In this document: piece after piece, positions 11,346-21,512 of the stretch
Layout of the letters: each line of letters opens with the position of its first letter
Numbering within the stretch: the stretch's first letter is position 1
Origin: Mycobacterium sp.
GTDB lineage: Bacteria; Actinomycetota; Actinomycetes; Mycobacteriales; Mycobacteriaceae
NCBI GenBank assembly: GCA_035506875.1
Contig: DATJOR010000162.1
Location: 3,956 to 67,955 of the forward strand
Direction of reading: 5' to 3'
Length of the DNA stretch: 64,000 nt
Translations under genes and position numbers: made by a program
The notes under the pieces: generated by a model
Database searches by the model: none
What the model saw: only the letters and a program-made list of their open reading frames with translations
Told to the model about the DNA's origin: nothing

Positions 11346-13322
11346 GCGGGCCTCCTGGGCTGCTCGCAATCGCTCCAGCGCCTGGCGCACTGCGGTGCCA
11401 TCGGTTGTCGACCAGAACGGCGGCAGGGAGGCTCGCAGGTAGCCGCCATAGCGGGCGGTCACCATCCGGGAGTCCAGCACCGCGACCACGCCGCGGTCGT
11501 CGACGCCGCGCAGCAGCCGCCCAGCACCCTGGGCCAGCAGCAGCGCGGCGTGGCTGGCGGCGACGGCCATGAATCCGTTGCCGCCGCGTGCGGCTACCGC
11601 GCGCTGCCGGGCGCCCAGCAGCGGATCGTCCGGCCGTGGGAACGGGATGCGGTCGATGATGACCAACGACAACGACGGGCCGGGCACGTCGACGCCCTGC
11701 CACAACGACAGCGTGCCGAACAGTGACGTCGCTGCGTCGGCGGAGAACTGTTCGACGAGTGCGGCGGTGCTGTCATCGCCTTGGCACAACACCGGCGTCG
11801 AAAGTCGTTCGGCCATCGCCTCGGCGGCGGCGCGTGCCGCCCGCATCGACGAGAACAACCCGAGCGTCCGCCCGCCGGCCGCGTTGACGAGGTCGGCGAT
11901 CTCATTCAGCTGCTCGGCCGAGCCGGTCCCGTCGCGACCGGGCGGAGGCAAATGGGCTGCGACGTAGAGAATCCCGGCTTTGGCATGCTGGAACGGTGAC
12001 CCGACATCGATTCCACGCCAACGTTTTTCAGTGTCATCCTGTGCGTCGGCGAGGCCCCAGGCGGTCGCCATCGCGTCGAACGAGCCGCCGACGGTCAGCG
12101 TCGCCGACGTCAATATCGCTGTGGCGTCGGCGAATAGCCGGTTGCGCAGCAGCCCGGCCACTGAGAGCGGCGCCACCCGCAGCACCGCACGCGTCGAACC
12201 GCGGTTGTCCTCGTGATCCAGCCAGACCACGTCGGTGCGATCGGGGATCGCCGGCGCGAACGACATCAACATGCGCGACGCGGTGTCACCGATTTCGGTG
12301 AGGCTTGCGACGGCCTCCGCACGCGCCGACGCTGCCTTGGTATCGGCCGGCGATGTGTCGATCACCGAGCGTGCCGCACTGGCCGTATCGCGCAGCGCGG
12401 TGAGGTGAGTGGCCAGTTCGTCGTCGAGGTGATCGATGCGGCCGGCCGTGGCGTTCTGGATCGCCATGGTGAAGTTGGTCGAGGCCCGTTCCCACCGCTG
12501 CATGAGCTCGGGTTCGATCAGCCTGGTGATGCGCCGCGAGGCGATTCCCAGTGCGGTCGCGGTCAATTCGCCGGTGGCCACCGCGGTCACCCGGTCGGCC
12601 AGTTCGTGCGCCTCGTCGACGATGAGCAGCTGGTGTTCGGGCAGTACGGCCGAGTCGGCGACGGCGTCGATGGCCAGCAGCGCGTGGTTGGTCACGACAA
12701 TATCGGCCTGGCCTGCCCGGCTTCGGGCGCGTTCGGCGAAGCATTCGGTGCCGAACGGGCAACGTGCCATGCCGAGGCATTCCCGCGAGGACACGCTGAC
12801 CTGTGACCAGGAACGGTCGGCGACACCCGGTTTGAGGTCGTCGCGGTCACCCGAGTCTGTCGTCGAGGCCCACGCGGTGAGCCGTTGCACGTCGCGCCCC
12901 AATGCCGTGGCCGCCTGCGGCTCGAAAAGCTCCTCCGGTGGCTCGTCATCTGTACTCGAAGCCGATCCGTTGTGAATCTTGTTCAGGCACAGGTAATTCT
13001 GGCGACCCTTCAGCAGGGCGAATTGCGGCGCGCGGGGCAGCGTGTCGGTGAGTGCGTCGACCAGTTGTGGCAGATCGCGGTTGACCAGCTGGCGCTGCAG
13101 GGCAATCGTCGCTGTCGACACCACGACGGGCGTGTCGTCGGACACCGCGCGGGCAATCGCCGGAACAAGGTAGGCCAACGACTTTCCGGTCCCGGTTCCC
13201 GCCTGCACCGCCAGGTGCTCGCCGGTTTCGAACGCGTCGGCAACCGCGGCGGCCATCTGCACTTGGCCGCTGCGTTCACTGCCCCCGAGTGCTGCGACCG
13301 CGGTGGCCAGCAGTTCGGGCAC
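11334..13322 (-). CDS. dinG: ATP-dependent helicase DinG
   Basis: QAGTGTGKS, LKGRQNYLC, DEAH, LWQGVDVPG, QGAGRLLR. Start uncertain: GTG 13322, or ACG 13346. Confidence 0.93.
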   Translation of the reverse strand: MPELLATAVAALGGSERSGQVQMAAAVADAFETGEHLAVQAGTGTGKSLAYLVPAIARAVSDDTPVVVSTATIALQRQLVNRDLPQLVDALTDTLPRAPQFALLKGRQNYLCLNKIHNGSASSTDDEPPEELFEPQAATALGRDVQRLTAWASTTDSGDRDDLKPGVADRSWSQVSVSSRECLGMARCPFGTECFAERARSRAGQADIVVTNHALLAIDAVADSAVLPEHQLLIVDEAHELADRVTAVATGELTATALGIASRRITRLIEPELMQRWERASTNFTMAIQNATAGRIDHLDDELATHLTALRDTASAARSVIDTSPADTKAASARAEAVASLTEIGDTASRMLMSFAPAIPDRTDVVWLDHEDNRGSTRAVLRVAPLSVAGLLRNRLFADATAILTSATLTVGGSFDAMATAWGLADAQDDTEKRWRGIDVGSPFQHAKAGILYVAAHLPPPGRDGTGSAEQLNEIADLVNAAGGRTLGLFSSMRAARAAAEAMAERLSTPVLCQGDDSTAALVEQFSADAATSLFGTLSLWQGVDVPGPSLSLVIIDRIPFPRPDDPLLGARQRAVAARGGNGFMAVAASHAALLLAQGAGRLLRGVDDRGVVAVLDSRMVTARYGGYLRASLPPFWSTTDGTAVRQALERLRAAQEARSAG

Positions 13323-13348
13323 GGACGCCGGTAGCTCGTTGGGCGTGG

Positions 13349-14668
13349 CTACTCCTGGTGGTCGATGCGTCGCGCGGGGATCTGCGTCGTGGGAATCGCC
13401 GGATCGCCGTGCGACAACATCAGACCCTCCCACGGCAAGCTTCGCAAGCCCGAGGCCACCAGGTCGCGCGCCACGCCCAGGTCTACGTCGACCACCGCCT
13501 TGCCGTCGCGCACCAGCGGGATCGTCACCACCCGGGACGGCTCACTGGTCTGCGGCGGATGCCCCGCCGGATGCACGATCTCCTCGGTGATCGTGCCGGT
13601 CGGACGGCACAGCCGCAGCGCCTCCTTGCGGCCGCCGTGCGTCTCTTTGCGGACGCTGCGCTTCTCGACCGGGATGCCGTCCACTTCGACCAGCTTGTAG
13701 ACCATGCTCGCGGTCGGCGCTCCGGACCCGGTGACCAGTGAGGTGCCCACGCCGTAGCTGTCGACGGGTTCGGCCCGCAACCCGGCGATGGCGAATTCGT
13801 CCAGGTCGCCGGAGACGACGATGCGGGTCTCCGTCGCTCCGAGTCGGTCGAGTTGCGCTCGGACCTGACGCGCCAACACGCCCAGATCCCCGGAGTCGAT
13901 GCGCACCGCACCGAGGCCGGTGCCGGCGGCGGCGACGGCGCTGGTCACACCGGTCGTCACGTCGTAGGTGTCGATCAGCAGCGTCGTGCCTACACCGAGC
14001 GCGTCGACCTGCGCCGCGAACGCGGCCGGCTCGTCGGGTCCGTCGGGGCCGGTGTGCAACAGGGTGAACGCGTGCGCACTGGTGCCTTCGGTCGGCACGC
14101 CGTAGCGGCGGCGCGCCTCCAGGTTGGATGACCCGGCGAAGCCGGCGATGTAGGCGGCGCGGGCCGCAGCGACGGCGGCGCGCTCGTGGGTGCGTCGCGA
14201 GCCCATCTCGATCAGCGGCCGCCCCTCGGCCGCGCTGACCATCCGGGCGGCCGCCGACGCAACGGCGGTGTCGTGGTTGAAGATCGACAACGCCAGCGTC
14301 TCGAGCACCACACATTCAGCAAAGCTGCCGTGTACCGACAACACCGGCGACCCAGGGAAGTACAGCTCGCCCTCGGCATAGCCGTCGACGTCGCCGGCGA
14401 AGCGAAAGTCGCGCAGATATGCCAACGTGTCAGGAGAGAGAAATTCCGCCAGCGACTCACACGCCACGTCATCGAACGTGAACTCGGGCAAGGCCTCCAC
14501 AAACCGGCCCGTCCCGGCGACCACGCCGTAGCGGCGTCCGTCGGGCAACCGGCGCGCGAACAACTCGAACGTGGTCCGGCGATCCGCGGTGCCATCGCGC
14601 AGCGCCGCCGCCAGCATCGTCAATTCGTATCGGTCGGTCAGCAGCCCGGCGCACACCGAGTCGTTCAC
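13349..14668 (-). CDS. pncB: Nicotinate phosphoribosyltransferase
   Basis: [33 protein letters not shown]. Confidence 0.95.
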   Translation of the reverse strand: MNDSVCAGLLTDRYELTMLAAALRDGTADRRTTFELFARRLPDGRRYGVVAGTGRFVEALPEFTFDDVACESLAEFLSPDTLAYLRDFRFAGDVDGYAEGELYFPGSPVLSVHGSFAECVVLETLALSIFNHDTAVASAAARMVSAAEGRPLIEMGSRRTHERAAVAAARAAYIAGFAGSSNLEARRRYGVPTEGTSAHAFTLLHTGPDGPDEPAAFAAQVDALGVGTTLLIDTYDVTTGVTSAVAAAGTGLGAVRIDSGDLGVLARQVRAQLDRLGATETRIVVSGDLDEFAIAGLRAEPVDSYGVGTSLVTGSGAPTASMVYKLVEVDGIPVEKRSVRKETHGGRKEALRLCRPTGTITEEIVHPAGHPPQTSEPSRVVTIPLVRDGKAVVDVDLGVARDLVASGLRSLPWEGLMLSHGDPAIPTTQIPARRIDHQE

Positions 14669-14716
14669 AACGCAACCGTATCGGGTGAATGGCCGCGGCT
14701 CGCTATCCTAGAACCC

Positions 14717-15019
14717 ATGGTTGCGTCAGCCCCGACCAAACCGGGTACCACCGGGCAACGGGAAGCCGGCTCCGTCGAAGCCACGGCCGCGCCCTGGGTG
14801 ACCATTGTCTGGGACGATCCGGTCAACCTGATGAACTACGTGACGTACGTCTTCCAGAAGCTGTTCGGTTACAGCGAGCCGCACGCCACCAAGTTGATGC
14901 TGCAGGTGCACAACGAAGGCAAAGCCGTGGTGTCGTCGGGCAGCCGGGAATCCATGGAGACCGACGTGTCCAAGCTGCATGCGGCCGGGTTGTGGGCCAC
15001 CATGCAGCAGGACCGCTGA
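14717..15019 (+). CDS. clpS: Clp protease adaptor ClpS
   Basis: [11 protein letters not shown]...[13 protein letters not shown]. Confidence 0.95.
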   Translation: MVASAPTKPGTTGQREAGSVEATAAPWVTIVWDDPVNLMNYVTYVFQKLFGYSEPHATKLMLQVHNEGKAVVSSGSRESMETDVSKLHAAGLWATMQQDR

Positions 15020-15039
15020 AAGGGCATCCGGGTTCGGAC

Positions 15040-15612
15040 GTGCGCAAGTGGAAGCGGGTTGAGACCGCCGACGGTCCCCGTTTCCGGTCCGCTCTGGACG
15101 CGAACGAGGCCGCCTTGCTCAAGAATCTGGTCGGCTCGATGATCGGGCTGCTCGACGAGCGCGAATCATCCTCGCCGCCAGACGAACTCGAGGAAATCAC
15201 CGGCATGAAAACCGGTAACTCCAAACCTCCCGATAATTCGACACTGCAGCGGCTGCTGCCGGACTTCTCCAAGCCTGGCGACGATGCTGCGGACACTACG
15301 GACCAGCTGAATGCCGCGCTGCGCAGCCTGCACGAGCCGGAGATAATCGAGGCCAAACGCGTTGCCGCACAACAGCTATTGGCGACCGTCCCGGACGACG
15401 GCGGCCGCTTCGAGCTCACTGAGGACGCCGCGAACGCGTGGATCGCAGCCGTCAACGACATCCGCCTGGCGCTGGGCACCATGCTCGACATCCGTCCCGG
15501 CGGTCCCGATCGACTGCCCGACGACCATCCGATGGCCTCGCACCTCGACGTCTATCAGTGGCTTACCTTCCTGCAGGAATATCTGGTGCTGGCGCTGATG
15601 GGATCCCGATGA
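15040..15612 (+). CDS. aosR: DUF2017 protein (Rv1332/AosR-like)
   Basis: MRKWKR..., LQRLLPDF, NDIRLALG, YQWLTFLQE; follows clpS. Confidence 0.85.
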   Translation: MRKWKRVETADGPRFRSALDANEAALLKNLVGSMIGLLDERESSSPPDELEEITGMKTGNSKPPDNSTLQRLLPDFSKPGDDAADTTDQLNAALRSLHEPEIIEAKRVAAQQLLATVPDDGGRFELTEDAANAWIAAVNDIRLALGTMLDIRPGGPDRLPDDHPMASHLDVYQWLTFLQEYLVLALMGSR

Positions 15613-16628
15613 GCTCGATCACCGACGTCGCGGGCATCCTGGTCGGCCACCACCACCGGCTGGACCCCGACGCGACCATGGATACCGGTTGGGCGACCGG
15701 TGTCACCGTCGTGCTGACGCCGCCCGGCACGGTGGGTGCCGTCGACTGCCGCGGCGGAGCGCCGGGCAGCCGGGAGACCGACCTGTTGGACCCGGCGAAC
15801 AGCGTGCGCTACGTCGACGCGGTGCTCCTCGCCGGCGGCAGCGCCTACGGATTGGCGGCCGCCGACGGGATCATGCGCTGGCTCGAGGAGCACGACCGCG
15901 GCGTGGCGATGAGCGGTGGGCTGGTACCGATCGTGCCGGGCGCGGTGATCTTCGATCTGGACGTCGGCGACTGGAGTCACCGGCCGACCGCTGAGTTCGG
16001 GTATGCCGCTTGTCAGACAGCCGGCACCGAAGTCGCGGTGGGCACGGTCGGTGCCGGGGTTGGGGCGGTTGCCGGTGTGCTCAAGGGCGGTGTCGGGACC
16101 GCATCGACGACGCTGTCGTCGGGGGTGACCGTCGGTGCGCTGGTTGCGGTGAACTCCGCGGGCAACGTCATCGACCAAGCCACCGGCCTACCCTGGCTGA
16201 GCTACCTGGTCGACGAACTCGGTCTGACGGCGCCGCCCGATGAACAGATCGCCGCGCTCGGCAAGCTCGAATCCCCATTGAGCTCGCTGAACACCACTAT
16301 CGCGGTCGTCGCTACCGATGCTGCGCTGAGCCCGGCCGCCTGCCAACAGGTCGCGCGCGCGGCCCACGATGGACTCGCCCGCACCATCCGGCCGGTGCAT
16401 ACCCCGGTGGACGGCGACATGGTGTTCGCCCTGGCCACCGGCGCCGTCGAGGTCGCCCCGCCGGCCGATACGCCCGCCGCGTTCTCGCCGGAGACGCCGT
16501 TGGCGACCGCGGTGAGCGCCGCGGCGGCGGACTGTCTGGCCCGGGCGGTGGTCGTCGCCGTGATCGCCGCCGAGTCGGTGGCCGGGATACCGAATTACCG
16601 GGACCTGTTGCCCGGAGCATTCCTGTGA
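15609..16628 (+). CDS. P1/S58 (DmpA-like) peptidase, Rv1333-like
   Basis: SITDVAGILVGH, RGGAPGSRETDLL, GGSAYGL, NTTI, DGDMVF. Confidence 0.9.
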   Translation: MSSITDVAGILVGHHHRLDPDATMDTGWATGVTVVLTPPGTVGAVDCRGGAPGSRETDLLDPANSVRYVDAVLLAGGSAYGLAAADGIMRWLEEHDRGVAMSGGLVPIVPGAVIFDLDVGDWSHRPTAEFGYAACQTAGTEVAVGTVGAGVGAVAGVLKGGVGTASTTLSSGVTVGALVAVNSAGNVIDQATGLPWLSYLVDELGLTAPPDEQIAALGKLESPLSSLNTTIAVVATDAALSPAACQQVARAAHDGLARTIRPVHTPVDGDMVFALATGAVEVAPPADTPAAFSPETPLATAVSAAAADCLARAVVVAVIAAESVAGIPNYRDLLPGAFL

Positions 16629-16641
16629 CGTGCTGGTGACC

Positions 16642-16692
16642 GCTAGTTTGGACGAAGCCGAGGACGCTTTGGATGGCAAGCTATGGGCATGA
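16642..16692 (+). pseudogene. cysM: 3'-terminal remnant of cysM (CysO-dependent cysteine synthase)
   Basis: Reads ASLDEAEDALDGKLWA*, matching the CysM C-terminus as I recall it (..GSLDDAETALEGQLWA) at the syntenic position before the rhomboid gene. Confidence 0.8.
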
Positions 16693-16769
16693 CCCGCGCC
16701 GACGACGATGCAGAGCGCAGCGATGAGGTGGGGGCACCTCCCGCTTGCGGGGGAGAGCGGCGCACATGA
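16689..16769 (+). repeat. MIRU (mycobacterial interspersed repetitive unit, ~77-bp type), copy 1
   Basis: ATGACCCGCGCCGACGACGATGCAGAGCGCAGCGATGAGGTGGGGGCACCTCCCGCTTGCGGGGGAGAGCGGCGCACATGA; near-identical copy at 19892. Confidence 0.9.
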
Positions 16770-17422
16770 GCAGCGCGCCGGTGCAGCGACCGAGGAAACG
16801 CTCCGCGTGGGTCGTCGGCGGGGCCACGATCATCAGCTTCGTGGCGCTGCTCTATGTCGTCGAGGCCTTCGACCAACTCGACCATCACCAACTCGATTAC
16901 AACTACGGCATCAAGCCGTTGGAGGCCGACGGCCTGTGGGGCATCCTGTTCGCTCCGCTGCTGCACGCGAACTGGGGCCACCTCGCGGCCAACACCGGGC
17001 CGGCGCTGGTGCTGGGTTTCCTGGTCACGATGGCCGGGCTGTCCCGATTCCTGTGGGCGACGGCGATCGTGTGGATCGTCGGCGGCTTCGGCACCTGGCT
17101 GATCGGCAAGGTGGGATCTACCTGCGGCCTGGAGCCCGATCACATCGGTGCTTCGGGGGTGATCTTCGGCTGGCTGACGTTCTTGCTGGTGTTCGGATTC
17201 TTCACGCGCTCAGCCTGGCAGATCGCCATCGGAGTCGTGGTATTGATCGCCTATGGCGGCATTCTGTGGGGGGCGGTGCCGGTGCTCGATGTCTGCGGAG
17301 GAGTGTCCTGGCAGGGACATCTCTGCGGGGGCATTGCCGGCGTCCTGGCCGCCTACCTGTTGTCCAGCCCGGAGCGTAAAGCCCGAGAACATCGCCGGAC
17401 CGCACGGCGGTCGGCGACATGA
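16766..17422 (+). CDS. Rhomboid intramembrane serine protease (Rv1337-like)
   Basis: [24 protein letters not shown]. Confidence 0.93.
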   Translation: MSSAPVQRPRKRSAWVVGGATIISFVALLYVVEAFDQLDHHQLDYNYGIKPLEADGLWGILFAPLLHANWGHLAANTGPALVLGFLVTMAGLSRFLWATAIVWIVGGFGTWLIGKVGSTCGLEPDHIGASGVIFGWLTFLLVFGFFTRSAWQIAIGVVVLIAYGGILWGAVPVLDVCGGVSWQGHLCGGIAGVLAAYLLSSPERKAREHRRTARRSAT

Positions 17423-18252
17423 GTGACGCACTGGCGCCCATCGGAGTGTTCGACTCCGGAGTGGGCGGGTTGACGGTGGCGCGCGCCATCATCGATCAGC
17501 TGCCTGACGAGAACATCATCTATGTCGGTGACACCGGCAACGGTCCGTACGGTCCGCTGACGATCCCCGAGATCCGCGGGCACGCGCTGGCCATCGGTGA
17601 CGACCTCGTCGACCGCGGCGTCAAGGCATTGGTGATCGCCTGCAACTCGGCATCCTCGGCCTGTCTGCACGACGCGCGGGAACGCTACGCCGTGCCGGTC
17701 GTCGAAGTGATCCTGCCCGCGGTACGGCGCGCGGTCGCCGCGACCCGCAACGGGCGCATCGGCGTGATCGGCACCCAGGCCACCGTCGCCTCGGGCGCCT
17801 ACCAGGACGCGTTCGCCGCCGCCCGCGACACCCAGATCACCGCGGTGGCCTGCCCACGGTTCGTCGATTTCGTCGAGCGCGGCATCACCAGCGGCCGCCA
17901 GGTGCTCGGACTGGCCGAGGGCTATCTCGAGCCGCTGCAGCGCGCCGATGTCGACACGCTGGTGCTGGGCTGCACCCACTATCCGCTGCTCTCCGGACTG
18001 ATCCAGCTCGCAATGGGCGATAGTGTCACGCTGGTCTCCAGCGCCGAGGAAACGGCGAAGGAGCTGGTCCGGGTGCTCACCGAGCTCGATCTACTGCATC
18101 CGCACCCCGATCGTCCCGTCGCTGCCGCGCCAAGTCGGGTGTTCGAAGCCACCGGGGACCCCGAGGCGTTTCTCGCGCTTGCGGCGCGGTTTTTGGGACC
18201 GGTGATCACCGGCGTACACCCCATCCATCGTCAGGTTGCAACCCCCGGCTGA
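17419..18252 (+). CDS. murI: Glutamate racemase
   Basis: [24 protein letters not shown]. Confidence 0.97.
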   Translation: MSDALAPIGVFDSGVGGLTVARAIIDQLPDENIIYVGDTGNGPYGPLTIPEIRGHALAIGDDLVDRGVKALVIACNSASSACLHDARERYAVPVVEVILPAVRRAVAATRNGRIGVIGTQATVASGAYQDAFAAARDTQITAVACPRFVDFVERGITSGRQVLGLAEGYLEPLQRADVDTLVLGCTHYPLLSGLIQLAMGDSVTLVSSAEETAKELVRVLTELDLLHPHPDRPVAAAPSRVFEATGDPEAFLALAARFLGPVITGVHPIHRQVATPG

Positions 18253-18311
18253 GTTCCTCGCTAACGAAACGGGGATGTTTTCGCCAACATGGTCCCGGGC
18301 ATGGCACAGTA

Positions 18312-19085
18312 GTGACCGTGCGAATCACCGTGCTGGGCTGCTCCGGGAGCGTCGTCGGCCCGGATTCGCCGGCATCGGGTTATCTGCTCAGGGCGCCGGA
18401 CTGCCCGCCGATGGTCATCGACTTCGGTGGCGGCGTCCTCGGTGCGCTGCAACGTCACGCCGACCCAGGTTCGGTGCACGTGTTGCTGTCGCATCTGCAC
18501 GCCGACCACTGCCTTGACCTACCGGGTCTGTTCGTCTGGCGCCGCTATCACCCGTCGCCGCCGAAGGGTAAGGCCTTGATGTACGGCCCCAGCGACACGT
18601 GGTCGCGGCTCGGCGCGGCATCGTCACCGTACGGGGGCGAGATCGACGACTGCTCCGACATTTTCGACATCCACCATTGGGTCGACGGTCAGGAAGTGGA
18701 AATCGGCACGCTGACGGTACTGCCGAAGGTGGTGTGTCATCCGACCGAGTCCTTCGGCATGCGCTTCACCAACCGCGCCGGGGCGTCGTTTGTGTACAGC
18801 GGCGACACCGGCTACTGCGATACCGTCATCGACCTTGCCCGCGGGGCGGACGTCTTCCTCTGCGAAGCGTCGTGGACGCACGCGCCCGACCGTCCGCCCA
18901 ACCTGCACCTCTCAGGGACCGAGGCCGGGCGGATCGCGGCCGCGGCTGGCGTGGGGGAGTTGCTGCTCACCCACATCCCGCCCTGGACCTCTCGCGAGGA
19001 CGTGATCAGCGAGGCGAAAGCCGAATTCGGCGGCCCGGTACACGCGGTGGTGTGCGGCGAGACGTTCAACGTCGGCCGCGCCTGA
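18312..19085 (+). CDS. MBL-fold cyclic-nucleotide phosphodiesterase (Rv1339-like)
   Basis: SHLHADH, YSGDT, THIPPW; lies between murI and rph. Confidence 0.9.
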   Translation: MTVRITVLGCSGSVVGPDSPASGYLLRAPDCPPMVIDFGGGVLGALQRHADPGSVHVLLSHLHADHCLDLPGLFVWRRYHPSPPKGKALMYGPSDTWSRLGAASSPYGGEIDDCSDIFDIHHWVDGQEVEIGTLTVLPKVVCHPTESFGMRFTNRAGASFVYSGDTGYCDTVIDLARGADVFLCEASWTHAPDRPPNLHLSGTEAGRIAAAAGVGELLLTHIPPWTSREDVISEAKAEFGGPVHAVVCGETFNVGRA

Positions 19086-19114
19086 CCGGCTAACCGCACG
19101 CTAGGGTTGGCGGC

Positions 19115-19894
19115 GTGTCCAAACGAGAAGACGGCCGCCTCGACGACGAGCTTCGACCAGTTGTCATCACCCGCGGGTTCACCTCCCACCCGGCGGGTTC
19201 GGTAGTGATCGAATTCGGCCAGACCAAAGTCCTGTGCACGGCAAGCGTCACCGAAGGCGTGCCGCGCTGGCGCAAGGGATCAGGCTTGGGCTGGCTCACC
19301 GCCGAATACGCGATGCTGCCGTCGGCCACCCACACCCGCGGCGACCGCGAATCGGTGAAAGGTCGCCTCAGCGGTCGCACGCAAGAGATCAGCCGGTTGG
19401 TCGGCAGGTCGCTGCGTGCCTGCATCGACCTTGCGGCGTTGGGGGAGAACACCATTGCCGTCGATTGCGATGTGCTGCAGGCCGACGGCGGAACTCGCAC
19501 CGCGGCGATCACAGGCGCCTATGTTGCGCTGGCCGATGCGGTGACCTACCTGTCGGCAGCCGGCAAGTTGTCCGACCCGCGGCCGCTGTCGTGTGCGATC
19601 GCGGCGGTCAGCGTCGGCGTGGTCGACGGCCGGGTTCGTGTCGACCTGCCTTACGAGGAAGACTCCCGCGCCGAGGTCGACATGAACGTCGTGGCCACCG
19701 ACACCGGGACGCTGGTCGAAGTCCAAGGGACCGGGGAGGGTGCGACGTTCCCGCGGTCGACGCTCGACAAACTGCTCGATGCCGCGCAGGGAGCTTGCGA
19801 GAAGCTGTTTGTAGCGCAGCAGGAAGCGTTGGCTTTGCCGTATCCGAGTGTGCTGCCGGAAGGGCCCCCGCGTGAGAAGGCGTTCGGAAGCTGA
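19115..19894 (+). CDS. rph: Ribonuclease PH
   Basis: [31 protein letters not shown]. Confidence 0.97.
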   Translation: MSKREDGRLDDELRPVVITRGFTSHPAGSVVIEFGQTKVLCTASVTEGVPRWRKGSGLGWLTAEYAMLPSATHTRGDRESVKGRLSGRTQEISRLVGRSLRACIDLAALGENTIAVDCDVLQADGGTRTAAITGAYVALADAVTYLSAAGKLSDPRPLSCAIAAVSVGVVDGRVRVDLPYEEDSRAEVDMNVVATDTGTLVEVQGTGEGATFPRSTLDKLLDAAQGACEKLFVAQQEALALPYPSVLPEGPPREKAFGS

Positions 19895-19967
19895 CGCGCC
19901 GCGACGATGCAGAGCGCAGCGATGAGGTGGGGGCACCTCCCGCTTGCGGGGGAGAGCAGCGCTGATG
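19892..19967 (+). repeat. MIRU copy 2, between rph and rdgB
   Basis: CGACGATGCAGAGCGCAGCGATGAGGTGGGGGCACCTCCCGCTTGCGGGGGAGAGC is identical to the core of copy 1. Confidence 0.9.
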
Positions 19968-20576
19968 GCCGAGCTTTTGGTCGCCAGCCGCAACCGGAAG
20001 AAATTGGCCGAGCTACGCCGGGTGTTGGATGCCGCCGCGCTGACCGGCTTGACATTGGTGTCACTCGACGACGTGCCACCGTTCGACGAAGCGCCGGAAA
20101 CCGGTGCCACTTTTGAAGATAACGCGTTAGCGAAGGCTCGCGACGGGTTCGCGGCGACGGGACTGCCGACCGTCGCCGACGACTCCGGGTTGGAGGTCGC
20201 CGCGCTGAACGGCATGCCCGGTGTGCTGTCGGCGCGATGGGCGGGTGTGCATGGCCAGGACGCCGCCAACACCGCGCTGTTGTTGGCGCAGTTGCGTGAT
20301 GTGCCCGACGAGCGACGTGGCGCGGCGTTCGTGTCGGCGTGCGCGCTGGTGTCGGAGTCGGGCGAAGTTGTCGTCCGCGGCGAGTGGCCGGGTGCCATCG
20401 CGCGAGAGCCGCGCGGCGACGCCGGCTTCGGCTACGACCCGGTGTTTATACCGGATGGCGCGGATCGCACTGCAGCACAGCTGGCTTCAGCGGAAAAAGA
20501 CGCGATCTCGCACCGCGGTCGTGCGCTCGCGTTACTGCTGCCGGCGCTGCGAGCGCTTGCCGCTCAAGCACATTGA
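19965..20576 (+). CDS. rdgB: dITP/XTP pyrophosphatase (Ham1)
   Basis: ASRNRKK, ADDSGL, GFGYDP, ISHR. Confidence 0.95.
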   Translation: MAELLVASRNRKKLAELRRVLDAAALTGLTLVSLDDVPPFDEAPETGATFEDNALAKARDGFAATGLPTVADDSGLEVAALNGMPGVLSARWAGVHGQDAANTALLLAQLRDVPDERRGAAFVSACALVSESGEVVVRGEWPGAIAREPRGDAGFGYDPVFIPDGADRTAAQLASAEKDAISHRGRALALLLPALRALAAQAH

Positions 20577-20577
20577 A

Positions 20578-20931
20578 CTAGAGGGCGAAACGAGCCTTGA
20601 TGTCTCTGGTCTGGAAGTGCTCGACGATGATCCCGACCAGCGGGATGGTCCCGGCCAACAGCACGCCGATCGTCTTCAGGATCGGCCAGCGAACCTTGAC
20701 CGCGAGGTTGAAAGCTGCCAATACATAAGTGAAATAGACCCAGCCGTGTACCACGCCGATCCAGGTCGGTGGATTCGGCACCTTGATGATGTAGTGGACC
20801 ACGATCTCGTAGCACAGCGCGATGAGCCAGATACCCGTCGTCCATGCCATCACGCGATAGCCCAACAGCGCGGTGCGGATCTTTTCGACAGGGGTAACCG
20901 GCCGCGTGTCGGGCGTCTCGGGTCTGGTCAT
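20578..20931 (-). CDS. DUF3817 membrane protein (Rv1342c-like)
   Basis: YRVMAWTTG...VHGWVYFTY...AGTIP. Confidence 0.88.
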   Translation of the reverse strand: MTRPETPDTRPVTPVEKIRTALLGYRVMAWTTGIWLIALCYEIVVHYIIKVPNPPTWIGVVHGWVYFTYVLAAFNLAVKVRWPILKTIGVLLAGTIPLVGIIVEHFQTRDIKARFAL

Positions 20932-21317
20932 GCGATGGTCCTGTTCTGTCCTCGATGTATTTCGTTGTCTGCCTTGGCAAGCTCGGCCAGATAGGCGTTG
21001 TACTGCTGCAGCGCGGGATCGTCCGGCTTTTGCTCCATGGGTTTGGGCCGCTCGGGCAGCAGTCCATCCGGCAGTTCGGTCATTGCGTGGTTCTTGCGCG
21101 GCTCCGGAGGGGCCTCCTCGTAGCGGACGAACTTGCGGTAGGCGTACACGCAGAAGCCGGCGAACAGCGGCCACTGCATCGCATAGCCGAGATTCTGGAA
21201 CGTGCCGGACGTCGACTGAAACCTTGCCCACTGCCACCAGCCCAAAGCCAGGCACCCGCCGGCCGCAAGGATCACCAGCACAATCAGTGCGGGTCTCCGA
21301 CGGCGTGTAGTGGACAC
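20928..21317 (-). CDS. lprD: LprD-like protein (Rv1343c)
   Basis: LGWWQW, FQNLGYAMQWP, YNAYLAEL. Confidence 0.88.
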   Translation of the reverse strand: MSTTRRRRPALIVLVILAAGGCLALGWWQWARFQSTSGTFQNLGYAMQWPLFAGFCVYAYRKFVRYEEAPPEPRKNHAMTELPDGLLPERPKPMEQKPDDPALQQYNAYLAELAKADNEIHRGQNRTIA

Positions 21318-21390
21318 GCCTAGACGCTACTCCGCGACTGTCCGTGCGTACTCATTCGCCGCTTGGTCTGAGCGGTACGATCGGCAGCGC

Positions 21391-21473
21391 GCGGGCGTGG
21401 CGAAATGGCATACGCGCCGGCTTTAGGTGCCGGTGCTCGAAAGAGCGTGAGGGTTCGAGTCCCTCCGCCCGCA
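21391..21473 (+). tRNA. tRNA-Leu (anticodon TAG)
   Basis: Acceptor stem GCGGGCG/CGCCCGC-A, anticodon arm CCGGC-TTTAGGT-GCCGG, long variable arm, GGTTCGAGTCC T-arm; CCA not encoded. Confidence 0.97.
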
Positions 21474-21512
21474 CCGACTACTGGGGAGTGTTACCGCTGG
21501 TGAGAGGCCATT

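Noticed and set aside
16689-19967. Repeats as a CRISPR array
   Set aside because: Two dispersed MIRUs, with no spacers or cas genes.
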